Shown: positions 42,815 through 54,191 of the stretch, in pieces | How the letters are laid out: each line of letters starts with the position of its first letter | Numbering within the stretch: the first letter of the stretch is position 1 | Assembly (NCBI GenBank): GCA_035455265.1 | Contig: DATIFK010000002.1 | Span: forward strand, 3,436-67,435 | Direction of reading: 5' to 3' | Length of the DNA stretch: 64,000 nt | From: Anaerolineales bacterium | GTDB lineage: Bacteria > Chloroflexota > Anaerolineae > Anaerolineales > E44-bin32 | The notes under the pieces: model-generated | Database searches by the model: none | Told to the model about the DNA's origin: nothing | What the model saw: the letters and a program-made list of their open reading frames with translations, nothing else | Program-made: the position numbers and the translations under genes

Positions 42815-43882
42815 CTAGGGGAGCCGGATGCGCGGGTCGAGGTAGGTGTAGGACAGATCGACGAGCATGTTGATGGCGACGTAGCCGAAGGCGATGACCA
42901 GAGTGAACGCCTGGATGATCGGGTAGTCGCGGGCGGTGATGGCCTCGAACAGGATGCGGCCGACGCCCGCCAAACCAAAGACGGTTTCCGTCAACACCGC
43001 CCCGCCCAGCAGTCCGCCGAGCGACAGGCCGATGATGGTGACCACAGGTAGCAGAGCGTTGCGCAGCGCGTGCCTCATCACCAGGCGCGCCCGCGGCACG
43101 CCCTTGGCTTTGGCCGCCCGGATGTACTCCTGCCCCAGGACGTCCAGCAGGCTGGAGCGGGTCATCCGGGCGATGATCGACAGCGGGATGGTCGACAGGG
43201 CCATCGCCGGCAGGATCAAGTGCTTGAGCACGTCGAACAGGACCGGCCAGTTGAACGTCAGCAGGGAGTTGAAGATATACAGATTGGCGAAGAACTCCAT
43301 CACCTTGTAGAAGCCTGTCGTGGTGTCGAAGTTCAGACCCCACACCTGGAAGAAGGGCGTGGCCGTCAGCCCGGCGGTGATCCTTCCCGACGGAGGCAGG
43401 ATCCCGAGTACGATCGAAAACAGGTAGGCCAGCATCAGGCCCAACCAGAACACCGGCATCGAAACGCCGATATTGGCTCCGGCCATCGTAGCGATATCGA
43501 CCGGGGAATTGTGCCGGATGGCGGAGATGATCCCGGCGGGCACGCCGACGATGATCGCCAACAGCAGCGCCGCCATGCTCAATTCGATGGTCATGGGCAG
43601 ACGTTCAGCGAGGATGATCGAGACCGGGCGGCTGAAGCGGATGGATTCACCGAAGTCGGCCCGGACCATATTGCCCATGTAGATGAAGAACTGCGTCGTG
43701 ATCGGGCGGTCGAGGCCCATGAGGTGATTCCAGCGGGCACACACCTCTTCGGTGGCATGCTCACCCAGCATCGCCCGGCACGGATCGCCCGGGATCAGGC
43801 GGGCCAATACGAACACGGCCACCAGGATCCCGAACAGGACCGGGATTGAAGTCAACAAGCGGCGAACGGTGTACTGCACCAT
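42815..43882 (-). CDS. Opp/Dpp-type ABC transporter permease (DppB-like)
   Basis: The N terminus MVQYTVRRLLTSIPVLFGILV is typical of DppB. The conserved loop is RAAKAKGVPRARLVMRHALRNALLPVVT. Confidence 0.85.
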   Translation of the reverse strand: MVQYTVRRLLTSIPVLFGILVAVFVLARLIPGDPCRAMLGEHATEEVCARWNHLMGLDRPITTQFFIYMGNMVRADFGESIRFSRPVSIILAERLPMTIELSMAALLLAIIVGVPAGIISAIRHNSPVDIATMAGANIGVSMPVFWLGLMLAYLFSIVLGILPPSGRITAGLTATPFFQVWGLNFDTTTGFYKVMEFFANLYIFNSLLTFNWPVLFDVLKHLILPAMALSTIPLSIIARMTRSSLLDVLGQEYIRAAKAKGVPRARLVMRHALRNALLPVVTIIGLSLGGLLGGAVLTETVFGLAGVGRILFEAITARDYPIIQAFTLVIAFGYVAINMLVDLSYTYLDPRIRLP

Positions 43883-43990
43883 CGATAAGGACCTTGCCAA
43901 CCAGCCGGACGTTCTTGGGGAAAGCCGCGGGGCGGGAGGCGTTGGGCTTCCCGCCCCGCGGTTCCCTTCAGGTCAAAGCCTGGATTCCGA

Positions 43991-45667
43991 TCAGCCTGGC
44001 GGCAGGTTCATCAGGCTTGTCCAGAGGTACGAGTAGTACTCCCACTGGTTGGTGTTGCCGACGTGGAGCGGCGACGAGGCGTCGAGCCCCATGGTGAAGG
44101 TCGCCACGACGTCATTGGCGTCGAAGGACGTGCCGTCGTGGAACTTGACGCCCTGACGCAGCGCGCAGGTCCACACGGACAGGTCGTCGTTCGGAGTGCA
44201 CGACGTCGCCAGCGCCGGCTCGGGGACGGCCTCGTTCGGCGGGTAGGCATACATGCCTTCGACCACCTGCGTGCAGCCGCGCAGCGACTCGCCGTCCGTC
44301 TCATCAGCGCAGAACAGGCTGATAGGCTCGGCATTCTGCATGAAGACGAACGTGTCGCCGGAGCCCGGGGACGAGAAGGCGAAGCGCTCTTCCGTCAGCG
44401 GGCTGGCTTGCGGGACCCCGACGTCGGCGCGGTAGGCTGCCGCCGAGGCGCCGTGAGCAACCGGCACCATGGGGACCAGCTCGCGGATGGCGTTGTTGGC
44501 CTGGGTGTAGATGGCCGTGGCTTGCGCCGGATCGGCGATGGCCGCGCCCTGCTTCAGCAGGTCATAGATCTCCGGGAAGGGGTTGCCGAACTGCGGGTTC
44601 GCCTCACCGAAGTGGAAGTCGAGGAAGTTCGTGATGTGCGGGTAGTCGGCGCCCCAGCCGAGCAGGTACAGGCCGTCGAGCCGTCCGGCGCCCGACTCCT
44701 CGATGAACGCGCCCGACTCCATCACCTCGATGGTGGCGTCGATGTTCAGGTTCTGCTTGAGCTGAGCCTGGATCTCCTCAGCCACACGACCGACTTCCGG
44801 CAGGTAGCCGCGGACGACGTCGCGATAGAACAGCTTGGTCGAGAAGCCGTCGGGGAAGCCGGCATCCGCCAGAAGTTGCTTGGCGGCGGTGGGGTCGAAG
44901 TCATACCACGGGTCGCCGTCGCAGCCGTTGGGGATTTCGCACGGCGTGAAGTGGGTCGCCACCACCGAGCCCGCCGGGTAGAACGTGTCGACGATCCGCT
45001 GGCGGTCGATGCCCATGGCGATGGCCTTGCGTACATTGACATCGTCGAAGGGCTCGAAGGTGTTGGTCATCGCGATGTAGAAGATGTTGAGCGCGGCGCG
45101 GTCGATCAGCTGAAGATTCGGGTCACCCTTGATGACGGCGAAGTCATCCGGGCCGGGATTGTCGATCCCGTTGACGGTGCCGGCCTGCAGCTCGAGCGTG
45201 CGGGCCGCCGACTCGGCGCTCCAGCGGAAGACCAGGGTCTTGGCCTTGGCCGCCTCGCCCCAGTAGTCGTCGAAGCGAGTGAAGGTCAGGCTCTCGCCGG
45301 CCGTCCACTGCGAAACCTGGTACGGTCCGGTGCCGACGGGCGAGCGCAGGCGGACTTCCGCCGGGGTGTCGGCCTTCGATTCGTACTCCAGCCATTCCTG
45401 CGGGTAGATACCGAACACGTCGAAGGCTATCTTCTGCAGGAAGGCCGGGTCCGGCTGGCACATGGTGAATTCGACGGTGTACTGATCGAGCGCCTTGACG
45501 CTCCTCATCAGGCCGCCATAGTCACAGTTGCCGGCATCCAGGACCATCGGCTCGCTGTACTTGACCTCCGCATAGGGACGCGGCGGGCCGGCTGGCGCAC
45601 AGGCCGCCAGGACCATGGCCAGGGCGACGAGCGCACCGAGGCCTGCAAACAACGAACGGCGTTTCAC
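43991..45667 (-). CDS. Family 5 (peptide/nickel) ABC substrate-binding lipoprotein
   Basis: GTG 45667 is preceded by GGAGGAG. The signal plus lipobox reads LVALAMVLAAC. The overall layout is that of a family-5 SBP. Confidence 0.85.
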   Translation of the reverse strand: MKRRSLFAGLGALVALAMVLAACAPAGPPRPYAEVKYSEPMVLDAGNCDYGGLMRSVKALDQYTVEFTMCQPDPAFLQKIAFDVFGIYPQEWLEYESKADTPAEVRLRSPVGTGPYQVSQWTAGESLTFTRFDDYWGEAAKAKTLVFRWSAESAARTLELQAGTVNGIDNPGPDDFAVIKGDPNLQLIDRAALNIFYIAMTNTFEPFDDVNVRKAIAMGIDRQRIVDTFYPAGSVVATHFTPCEIPNGCDGDPWYDFDPTAAKQLLADAGFPDGFSTKLFYRDVVRGYLPEVGRVAEEIQAQLKQNLNIDATIEVMESGAFIEESGAGRLDGLYLLGWGADYPHITNFLDFHFGEANPQFGNPFPEIYDLLKQGAAIADPAQATAIYTQANNAIRELVPMVPVAHGASAAAYRADVGVPQASPLTEERFAFSSPGSGDTFVFMQNAEPISLFCADETDGESLRGCTQVVEGMYAYPPNEAVPEPALATSCTPNDDLSVWTCALRQGVKFHDGTSFDANDVVATFTMGLDASSPLHVGNTNQWEYYSYLWTSLMNLPPG

Positions 45668-45830
45668 GGGCTCTCCTCCATTCATAAGGGTCGGGTACGG
45701 GGAACCGCACGATCCGAGTTGCTGAGCCATCCACCTCCTCTGCCCGATAGGGCCACGGCCCGAAGGCGGGCCGATCGTGGGGATGTATCGTTGCGGCTGT
45801 GAATCAGGGGTCGCTTTGGCGTGATTTGCT

Positions 45831-45839
45831 ATTCTAGCA
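45831..45839 (-). promoter_or_regulatory. Putative extended -10 element TGCTAGAAT for the peptide transporter operon
   Basis: The minus strand reads TGCTAGAAT. It would give a leader of about 160 nt. Confidence 0.4.
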
Positions 45840-46018
45840 GGAATCAGGCGGTCGTCAAACAGGCGTCCGGCGCTTGGAAGCGTCGCTGGAGGCCCCCGCA
45901 GGCTGGCGGAGGCGTCCTCAGGGTAAGGCCTGCGGCCACGAGAACGGCGGACGGCTGATAGCGGATGGCCCCCGGAAGAACACCCCACTCGGACCGCGGA
46001 CCGCCCGCTATCAGCTTC

Positions 46019-47278
46019 CTATGGCCCGACCCTCGTCCCATCCGGCAGAACGGCGTTCTTGGGAACGACGACGATGCCGTCCCGCACCGACCAAGCCGCC
46101 TCATCGAGGTCCGTCCCGGGCGGGAAGGGCTCGATTTGCACCCGGCGGCCGATGCGGGCGTTCTTGTCCACGATGGCCCCCCGAATCCTGGAGCCGGCTC
46201 CCACGCCGATCGCCGGAGCGGATGCCGGCGCCGGCGGCGCCTCCGACTCGTAGTAGTCGGCCCCCATCATGACGGTATCCTGAATGCTCACGTCGTCGCC
46301 GATCAGGGAACGAATGCCGACGACGGTGTGAACGATTTCGGCGCCCTCGACCAGACAGCCGTCCGCCAGCAGCACGCGGTCGAGGCGGACGTCGTAGATG
46401 CGCGAGCCGGGCAGCAGGCGCGGCCGGGTGTAGATCGGCGCCACCGGATCGTGGAACGAAAAGAGCGGGTTCGGGCCCACCAGAGCCAGATTGGCCTCGT
46501 AGAAAGCCCGGATCGATCCGATGTCCTCCCAGTAGCCGTCGAAGACGTAGCCGAAGACGCGGTGGGAGGCGATCGCCGCCGGGAGCACGCCGCCTCCGAA
46601 ATCGTCATGCGGTCCGGCGAGCATCTCCGTCAGGGCCGGGCGGCGGAAGATGTAGATCCCCATCGAGCCGACAAACGGGAAGCTCGGATCCGGCCGGCTG
46701 ACCAGGCTCTCCAGCACAGACGGGTCGCGCGGCTTCTCGGCGAAGGCGGTGATGCGGCCATCCCCCGCCAGACGCAGCACGCCGTAGCGGGCCGCGTCCT
46801 CCCCGCGGATCGGCCGAACGGCGACCGTCACATCGGCCTCGACTTGGCGGTGGAACTCGATCAGGCCGCCGTAGTCCATCCGATACAGATGGTCGCCGGC
46901 CAGAATCAGCACATCCTGGGCGTGCGTCGCCTCGATCTCGAAGAGCTGCTTGCGAACGGCGTCGGCCGTCCCCTGGTACCAGTCCAGGTTGGTCGTCGTT
47001 TGCTCCGCCGCCAGGATCTGCACCCAGCCCGGATGGAACAGATCGAAGTGGTAGGTTTGCGAGATGTGGCGGTGGAGCGAGGCGGAGTTGAACTGCGTCA
47101 GGATCGAGACCTGGTGGACGCCGGAGTTGAGGCAGTTGCTGAGCGGGATGTCGATCAGTCGGTACTTGCCGGCGATCGGCACCGCCGGCTTGGCGCGCTC
47201 GCGCGTCAACGGCCACAGCCGAGTGCCCCGCCCTCCGCCCAGAATGACGGCCAGGACCCGCTCGTGCGAACCCGCCAT
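46019..47278 (-). CDS. glgC: Glucose-1-phosphate adenylyltransferase
   Basis: LGGGRGTRLWPLTRERAKPAVPIAGKYRLIDIPLSNCLNSG, plus a C-terminal left-handed beta-helix region. Confidence 0.9.
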   Translation of the reverse strand: MAGSHERVLAVILGGGRGTRLWPLTRERAKPAVPIAGKYRLIDIPLSNCLNSGVHQVSILTQFNSASLHRHISQTYHFDLFHPGWVQILAAEQTTTNLDWYQGTADAVRKQLFEIEATHAQDVLILAGDHLYRMDYGGLIEFHRQVEADVTVAVRPIRGEDAARYGVLRLAGDGRITAFAEKPRDPSVLESLVSRPDPSFPFVGSMGIYIFRRPALTEMLAGPHDDFGGGVLPAAIASHRVFGYVFDGYWEDIGSIRAFYEANLALVGPNPLFSFHDPVAPIYTRPRLLPGSRIYDVRLDRVLLADGCLVEGAEIVHTVVGIRSLIGDDVSIQDTVMMGADYYESEAPPAPASAPAIGVGAGSRIRGAIVDKNARIGRRVQIEPFPPGTDLDEAAWSVRDGIVVVPKNAVLPDGTRVGP

Positions 47279-47414
47279 GGCCTCATTCTACGGCGAAATG
47301 GAGATGGGCTCCCACCCCCCGCCAATGCCCGGCAGGCCCGAGAGGGGCAACGGATGGGGGACAGGGGCGGGTAGCAGCTGGCTGGCGGCCGGTGGCAGTG
47401 CCGGGGGTGAGGAC

Positions 47415-47618
47415 CTACCTCCGCACCTCGCCCTCGACTTCGAAGCCCAGTCGTTCACCGGGAGCGGCACCGTAGTCGGTCAGGTCCTCCAGGGTCAGGC
47501 GGACGCGGAACGGGCCGGGGTGCGATGAGCGCGCCAGGTGCCGGATCACGGCTTCGTCGGCCCCGACGCCGAAGGTTTTCAGCAGGCGGCGGATGTCATC
47601 GCGGCTTGGGCTGTCCAT
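47415..47618 (-). CDS. Small hypothetical protein (67 aa)
   Basis: ATG start with coding-like G/C third positions. I recognise no motif. Confidence 0.45.
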   Translation of the reverse strand: MDSPSRDDIRRLLKTFGVGADEAVIRHLARSSHPGPFRVRLTLEDLTDYGAAPGERLGFEVEGEVRR

Positions 47619-47637
47619 CGTCTCCTCCGGTCCGAGT

Positions 47638-48453
47638 CTACATAGTCAGGAACAGGGCGATCGCCGCGCCCACGATTGACGCCGCCAGATTGACGCCGTC
47701 GTTGCGCAGCCAGGGCCATCCCCGCAGGCGCCGGGTGGCCGTCCCGCAGATGTGAGTAGGATGGCGCTCGGTCTCCTTGCCGCACGCGGGGCACCAATAG
47801 ATCGCCTGCACGGTGGCGCCGAGCAGGCTGTCGGCCAGCGAGCCGAAGAACCCGCCAAGCGTTGCGGCCACGCCCAGGGCCGTACCGGCCGAAGGTCCCT
47901 GGAGCGCAGCGTAAGGGGCAGCGAGCCCGGCTGGCAAACCGATCAGGGCCGCGCCTCCGATGGCTGCCAGCAGACCCTCGACACTGGCCGCACCGGAGGT
48001 TCCGGGTTCGACGAGGCGCCCATCGGTCAGCCGCCGCGGCCAGCCTCGCGCCAAGACACCCAGCTCGGTGGCCCATGTGTCGGCGTTGACGGCGGCCAGC
48101 GCGCCGGCAATCGCCGCCAGCCAGCGGGGGTCGCGCGTGAGCCCATAGGCGAGCGAGGCGGCTGCCGCCACACCGCCGTTGGCCAACACCTGGCCGGCAT
48201 CGCGTTCGCCGCCCTTGTCGAAGGCGGCCGCCACCGCCACCTTGCGCGCTGCACCCGCCCGCGAAAGCAGGCTCGAGGAGATGAAGAACGTCATCAGCAA
48301 CAGGGCCGGCAGGAGACCGCCGAATCCAAACGTGATCGATCCCACCAACACGGCCGCCCAGGCCCCACTTGGAGCGAGTGCTCGGGCGCGGCGGGCCAGG
48401 AAGGCCACCCCAACGGCCAGAGCGATCCCCACCGCTACCTGTGTGGAATTCAT
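47638..48453 (-). CDS. DUF92/TMEM19-family integral membrane protein
   Basis: Polytopic, with ANGGVAA, NADTWATELG and GTSGA..VEG motifs. ATG 48453 is preferred over the longer listed ORF. Confidence 0.65.
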   Translation of the reverse strand: MNSTQVAVGIALAVGVAFLARRARALAPSGAWAAVLVGSITFGFGGLLPALLLMTFFISSSLLSRAGAARKVAVAAAFDKGGERDAGQVLANGGVAAAASLAYGLTRDPRWLAAIAGALAAVNADTWATELGVLARGWPRRLTDGRLVEPGTSGAASVEGLLAAIGGAALIGLPAGLAAPYAALQGPSAGTALGVAATLGGFFGSLADSLLGATVQAIYWCPACGKETERHPTHICGTATRRLRGWPWLRNDGVNLAASIVGAAIALFLTM

Positions 48454-48526
48454 GGGGGATCTCTGTGGAGAACCCGTGTCGGAGCTGTGGATAAGGGCCG
48501 AATCCCTGTGGAAAACATGGGGAAGG

Positions 48527-49432
48527 TCAGGCCGCCGCGATGAGTTGCAGGGCAGCGCCCCAGAAGAGCACTCCCACGACGACCGCCAGTCCCCACATGC
48601 CGTACGCCAGGAGCCGATCACCCTCCGATCTGTACAACCAACCACCCAGGAGGGCGTCGACCACCCAGCATAAGCCCGCGGTCAGCGGCAGGAAAAGCAA
48701 TCGGCCGGGAGGCACCAGCAGGTTGGGCTGGCCTGCAGCGTCAAATCCAAAAGGGATTAGAGCCGCGGCATGGGAGAGGGAGGCGCCCAGATAGCCCAAC
48801 AACCCGATGGGCAGGGCCAAGCCGAGCAGGACCAGCCAGCGCGCCGTCTTGTCCTCCCACAACCGGTCCGAAAAGAACTCGGGCCGCACCGACAGGGGGG
48901 TGACCTTCTCGAGCGGGCCGAGGCGCGTGGCCCGCACGAAGGCTTCCAGAAAAGCCTTGGGATCGGGCGGTGAGATGGCGAGCACGCGGCCGCCGGTGGC
49001 GACCAACAACGTCTCGGCGGCGGACCGCGTCGAAAGGAATTCGATCGGACCGACCCCCTCGACCCGGCCCTCCCCCACAACGCATCCAGGCCACCACAAG
49101 CCGCGCGCCGGCCGCAGGCTGAGCCTCATCTCTTCGGGAACAGGCTGCAGGACAACCTCCGCCATGGGCGCTTCTTCGAGGCGAAGCCCCCAGCGCAAGC
49201 GAAGAGCGTTGCGGTCGATTCGATAGCGGGCTGTCAGCAGGCCATACAGGCGGTAGGCGGCAACGACGGCCAGGGGAGCCCCCGCCAGCGGCATAAGGGT
49301 CCACAACACCAACCACGGGGATAGCGCCGCGCGTCCGATCTGAGCCAGGCCGATGGCCGCAGCCGCCAGGCCTGCCAGGAGCAGGCCGATCCCGATCAGC
49401 AGGCCGGTGCGCAGAGGCGGTCGACAGTCCAT
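48527..49432 (-). CDS. Membrane protein with a bacterial PH-like (YdbS/YdbT-type) domain
   Basis: Two N-terminal TM helices, then YRIDRNALRLRWGL..., then C-terminal TM helices. ATG 49432. Confidence 0.45.
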   Translation of the reverse strand: MDCRPPLRTGLLIGIGLLLAGLAAAAIGLAQIGRAALSPWLVLWTLMPLAGAPLAVVAAYRLYGLLTARYRIDRNALRLRWGLRLEEAPMAEVVLQPVPEEMRLSLRPARGLWWPGCVVGEGRVEGVGPIEFLSTRSAAETLLVATGGRVLAISPPDPKAFLEAFVRATRLGPLEKVTPLSVRPEFFSDRLWEDKTARWLVLLGLALPIGLLGYLGASLSHAAALIPFGFDAAGQPNLLVPPGRLLFLPLTAGLCWVVDALLGGWLYRSEGDRLLAYGMWGLAVVVGVLFWGAALQLIAAA

Positions 49433-49495
49433 CGGGGAATGCAACGGGGGTGCGCCTGGGAGCAGCACCCCCGTCGAAAGCGCATCAACGGACGA

Positions 49496-50440
49496 TCAGC
49501 GAGCAGCGGCCGGCTCGCGAACGTAGACAGGCTCGTTCCAATGGCGGTACTTCCGCAACCGGCCGCGCACGACGTCCTGGTACATCTGGCGCATCTGCCC
49601 GGTCACCGGGCCCATGACACCGTCGCCGACCGGCCGGTGGTCGATACGTGTCACAGCCGTCACCTGGGCGGCGGTTCCTGTCAGGAAGAGCTCGTCGCAG
49701 ACGTAGACCTCGGTGCGGTCGATGTGCCGCTCGACGACGGGCAGCCCCAACTCGTCCTGGGCGAGGGTGATGATGGTGCGGCGGGTGATCCCCTCCAGGA
49801 TGTTGTCGGTCACCGGCGGCGTGATCAACACGTCGTTGCGCACCATGAAGACATTCTCGGCGCTGCCCTCGGAGATGTGGCCCTCGTTGGTCAACACCAA
49901 GGCCTCATCGAAGCCCGAACGGACGGCGTCGGTCTTGATGAAGGCCGAGTTGATATAGGCGCCGGTGATCTTGGCCCGGGCCGGCACGGCATTGTCGTCG
50001 ATGCGGCGCCACGACGAGAACGTGACGTGGGCTCCCTCGTCCCGATCCACATAGCGGTCGAAGGGGACGGCAAACATGGTCAGCTCATCGTGCAGGTCGT
50101 GGAGCCGGACGCCGATGATCTCGTCGGATTTGTACACCAGCGGGCGGATATAGCAGTCCTGGCGGAGCCCTTCCGCCTGAAGCAAGCGCAACGTGATGTC
50201 GCGCAAGTCCTCTTCCGTGAGGTCGATGGTGGCGCACAGCATGCGCGCCGAATGCAGCAGGCGGTGGTAGTGGTCGAGGATACGGAACACGAACAGCTGT
50301 TCCTCCTCGGGGTTCCAGTAGCCGCGCAGACCTCCGAACGCCCCTGTGCCGTAGTTCAGCGCGTGAGTCATCACGCCGACTTTGGCCTCGCTGTAAGGGA
50401 CCATCTTGCCTTGGAAGTATGCGAAGCGGGGAAGGGTCAC
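49496..50440 (-). CDS. ilvE: Branched-chain amino acid aminotransferase (class IV)
   Basis: Contains HALNYGTGAFGGLRGY, EGSAENVF and GITR. GTG 50440 is preceded by AGGAGG. Confidence 0.85.
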   Translation of the reverse strand: MTLPRFAYFQGKMVPYSEAKVGVMTHALNYGTGAFGGLRGYWNPEEEQLFVFRILDHYHRLLHSARMLCATIDLTEEDLRDITLRLLQAEGLRQDCYIRPLVYKSDEIIGVRLHDLHDELTMFAVPFDRYVDRDEGAHVTFSSWRRIDDNAVPARAKITGAYINSAFIKTDAVRSGFDEALVLTNEGHISEGSAENVFMVRNDVLITPPVTDNILEGITRRTIITLAQDELGLPVVERHIDRTEVYVCDELFLTGTAAQVTAVTRIDHRPVGDGVMGPVTGQMRQMYQDVVRGRLRKYRHWNEPVYVREPAAAR

Positions 50441-50714
50441 GGTGGGCCACCTCCTGCAAGGCGCCACGCGGCCTGATGGATCACGGCCACGGCCTCCCCT
50501 GAGGGTGGGGGTCCGCCTTGCCTGGGTATTATAGCCTCCCGACAAGAGGGTGGGAAGCCTGCAAGACTAACGCTTGACCTACGACATTCCTCCTTATGGG
50601 GACGTCGCTGCCCGAATCCGCAAGGACGTCAATTCGACTCGTCCGGCCAATCCCCACCCTACCCACCCTGAGGCGGGAGGGATTATGCCTCCCAAGAGCT
50701 TGCCAACCGACGCG

Positions 50715-50743
50715 AAAAGGCCGGCCCCTAATCGGGGCCGGCC
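50715..50743 (-). terminator. Rho-independent terminator of dnaK
   Basis: The minus strand reads GGCCGGCCCC GATTA GGGGCCGGCC TTTT, 24 nt after the dnaK stop. Confidence 0.75.
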
Positions 50744-50766
50744 TCGGATACTTCGCCGCCTGAGGC

Positions 50767-52653
<1,887 letters not shown>

Positions 52654-52894
52654 AGACGCATACCTCCACTTCCCCTCCAGCCTACTCGGGCACCGCAAGA
52701 AAAGGGTTAACGCCGCATTGGAGCGAGATCAGCGACGAGGCCGGTATACTTCAGGGGGCAGTGACGAGTGGTCAGCATGGCAGGCGCAGGCTTCAGCCCT
52801 GCGGCCGCAGCCTGAAGGCTGCGGCTACCCATCGGCCCTCGGTTCCCGCGAAGGATGTCGCAGCGATGGATAGGAGGCCAAGACGGGTGAGGGG

Positions 52895-54040
52895 ATGCCT
52901 GGTCGGCTAACCTTGATAGGCTCCGGCGAGACCGCGCCGGGTATGGTCCGGGTGCACCGGGCCCTGCTCGACTCGCTCGGCGAGCCGCCGCGCCCGGTCT
53001 TCCTCGACACGCCGGCCGGCTTCGAGCTCGGGGTGGACGGCATCGCTGCCCGGTTCGTCGAGTTCTTCCGCACCAGCCTCGATCTCGATCTGCGCGTGGC
53101 GCGCTACCGCCATCGCGACGACCCGCCGCGCGCCCAGGGCGAGGCCCTCGAGGCTTTGACCCAGGCCAACTACATCATCGCCGGCCCGGGCAGCCCGACC
53201 TACGCCGTCGACCAGCTCCGCGCGACTCCCTTCGCCGAAGCCTTGGTCCGCCGCTGGAACGCCGGGGCCCAGTTGGTCTTCGCCAGCGCCGCGACCATCT
53301 CCCTCGGCCGGCACGCGCTCCCGGTCTACGAGATCTACAAGGTTGGCCAGCCCCTGCATTGGGCTGACGGGCTGGACGTCCTCGGATCGGTCGGATATGA
53401 ACTGGCGATCATCCCGCATTGGGACAATGCCGAAGGCGGTACCCACGACACCCGGGCGTGCTTCATGGGGATGGAGAGGTTCGCTCGCTTGCGGGCGCTG
53501 CTGCCGCCCACGGCCACCGTCCTGGGGGTCGACGAACACACCGCCGTGACGCTCGACATCGACGGCGGCGTAGCCGAAGTGCGCGGCAAGGGAGGCATCA
53601 CGGTGCTGCGCGGCGACGAGCAAACGGTCTACCCGAGCGGCCAATCCTTCCGCCTGGAGGCGCTGCGGCCTCCGGGCGTCGCAGCGAGTCCGGCCGGCGG
53701 AGCTCCAGCCAACCCGGCACCATCGGCGACGGCGGCTGCTATCGGGCAGGCCGCGGCATTGGTCGGCTCCGGAGATCTGCCGGGCGGGCTCCGCCTGGCG
53801 GCGGACAAGGCGCCGGGCGACCTGGCGGTGTTGCTCCATCAGGCGGCTTCGGCGGTGGAACAGGCTGAACCGTCGACGGATGACGTCGCGCCCCTGCTGG
53901 ATATCCTCATCGAACTGCGCAGCAGCCTGCGGGAGCGCGGCGAGTGGGCTCTGGCCGACGGCTTACGCGACCGATTGGAGGCCATCGGCTTCCAGCTCCG
54001 GGACACGCCCGAGGGCACGGTGTGGGTGCGCGTGCGCTAG
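52895..54040 (+). CDS. Hypothetical two-domain protein: glutamine-amidotransferase-like/peptidase S51-like N-domain plus CysRS-C-terminal-like tail
   Basis: N-terminal elements LTLIGSGE, IIAGPGSP and FASAAT occur in S51-like order (weak resemblance). The C-terminal sequence LRERGEWALADGLRDRLEAIGFQLRDTPEGTVWVRV closely resembles the extreme C terminus of cysteinyl-tRNA synthetases. Confidence 0.45.
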   Translation: MPGRLTLIGSGETAPGMVRVHRALLDSLGEPPRPVFLDTPAGFELGVDGIAARFVEFFRTSLDLDLRVARYRHRDDPPRAQGEALEALTQANYIIAGPGSPTYAVDQLRATPFAEALVRRWNAGAQLVFASAATISLGRHALPVYEIYKVGQPLHWADGLDVLGSVGYELAIIPHWDNAEGGTHDTRACFMGMERFARLRALLPPTATVLGVDEHTAVTLDIDGGVAEVRGKGGITVLRGDEQTVYPSGQSFRLEALRPPGVAASPAGGAPANPAPSATAAAIGQAAALVGSGDLPGGLRLAADKAPGDLAVLLHQAASAVEQAEPSTDDVAPLLDILIELRSSLRERGEWALADGLRDRLEAIGFQLRDTPEGTVWVRVR

Positions 54041-54191
54041 CCGGACCAGCCGCGTTTCGCTCTTCCATTTTCTCGTCCAAGCATCGCAGATCTTCCTCTC
54101 GGCCGGAGAGCTTTCGGGCCGGCAGCCGAATTCGCTGCAAACCACCTGCAAGGTCCAGCGGCTCCTTTCAATGCTAGGCTGAGACGGAGGC

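Noticed and set aside
50441-50714. A regulatory leader upstream of ilvE (TATAAT on the minus strand at 50533-50528, giving an 5' UTR of about 85 nt).
   Set aside because: There is no T-box or attenuator-peptide signature, and the -35 region is poor. It is kept only as a weak possibility.
52654-52894. A heat-shock operator (CIRCE TTAGCACTC-N9-GAGTGCTAA or HAIR CTTGAGT-N7-ACTCAAG) upstream of dnaK.
   Set aside because: Neither consensus is present. Only an imperfect dyad around GCGGCCGC (about 52780-52820) is visible, which I cannot assign. Also, dnaK stands alone here without grpE or dnaJ.
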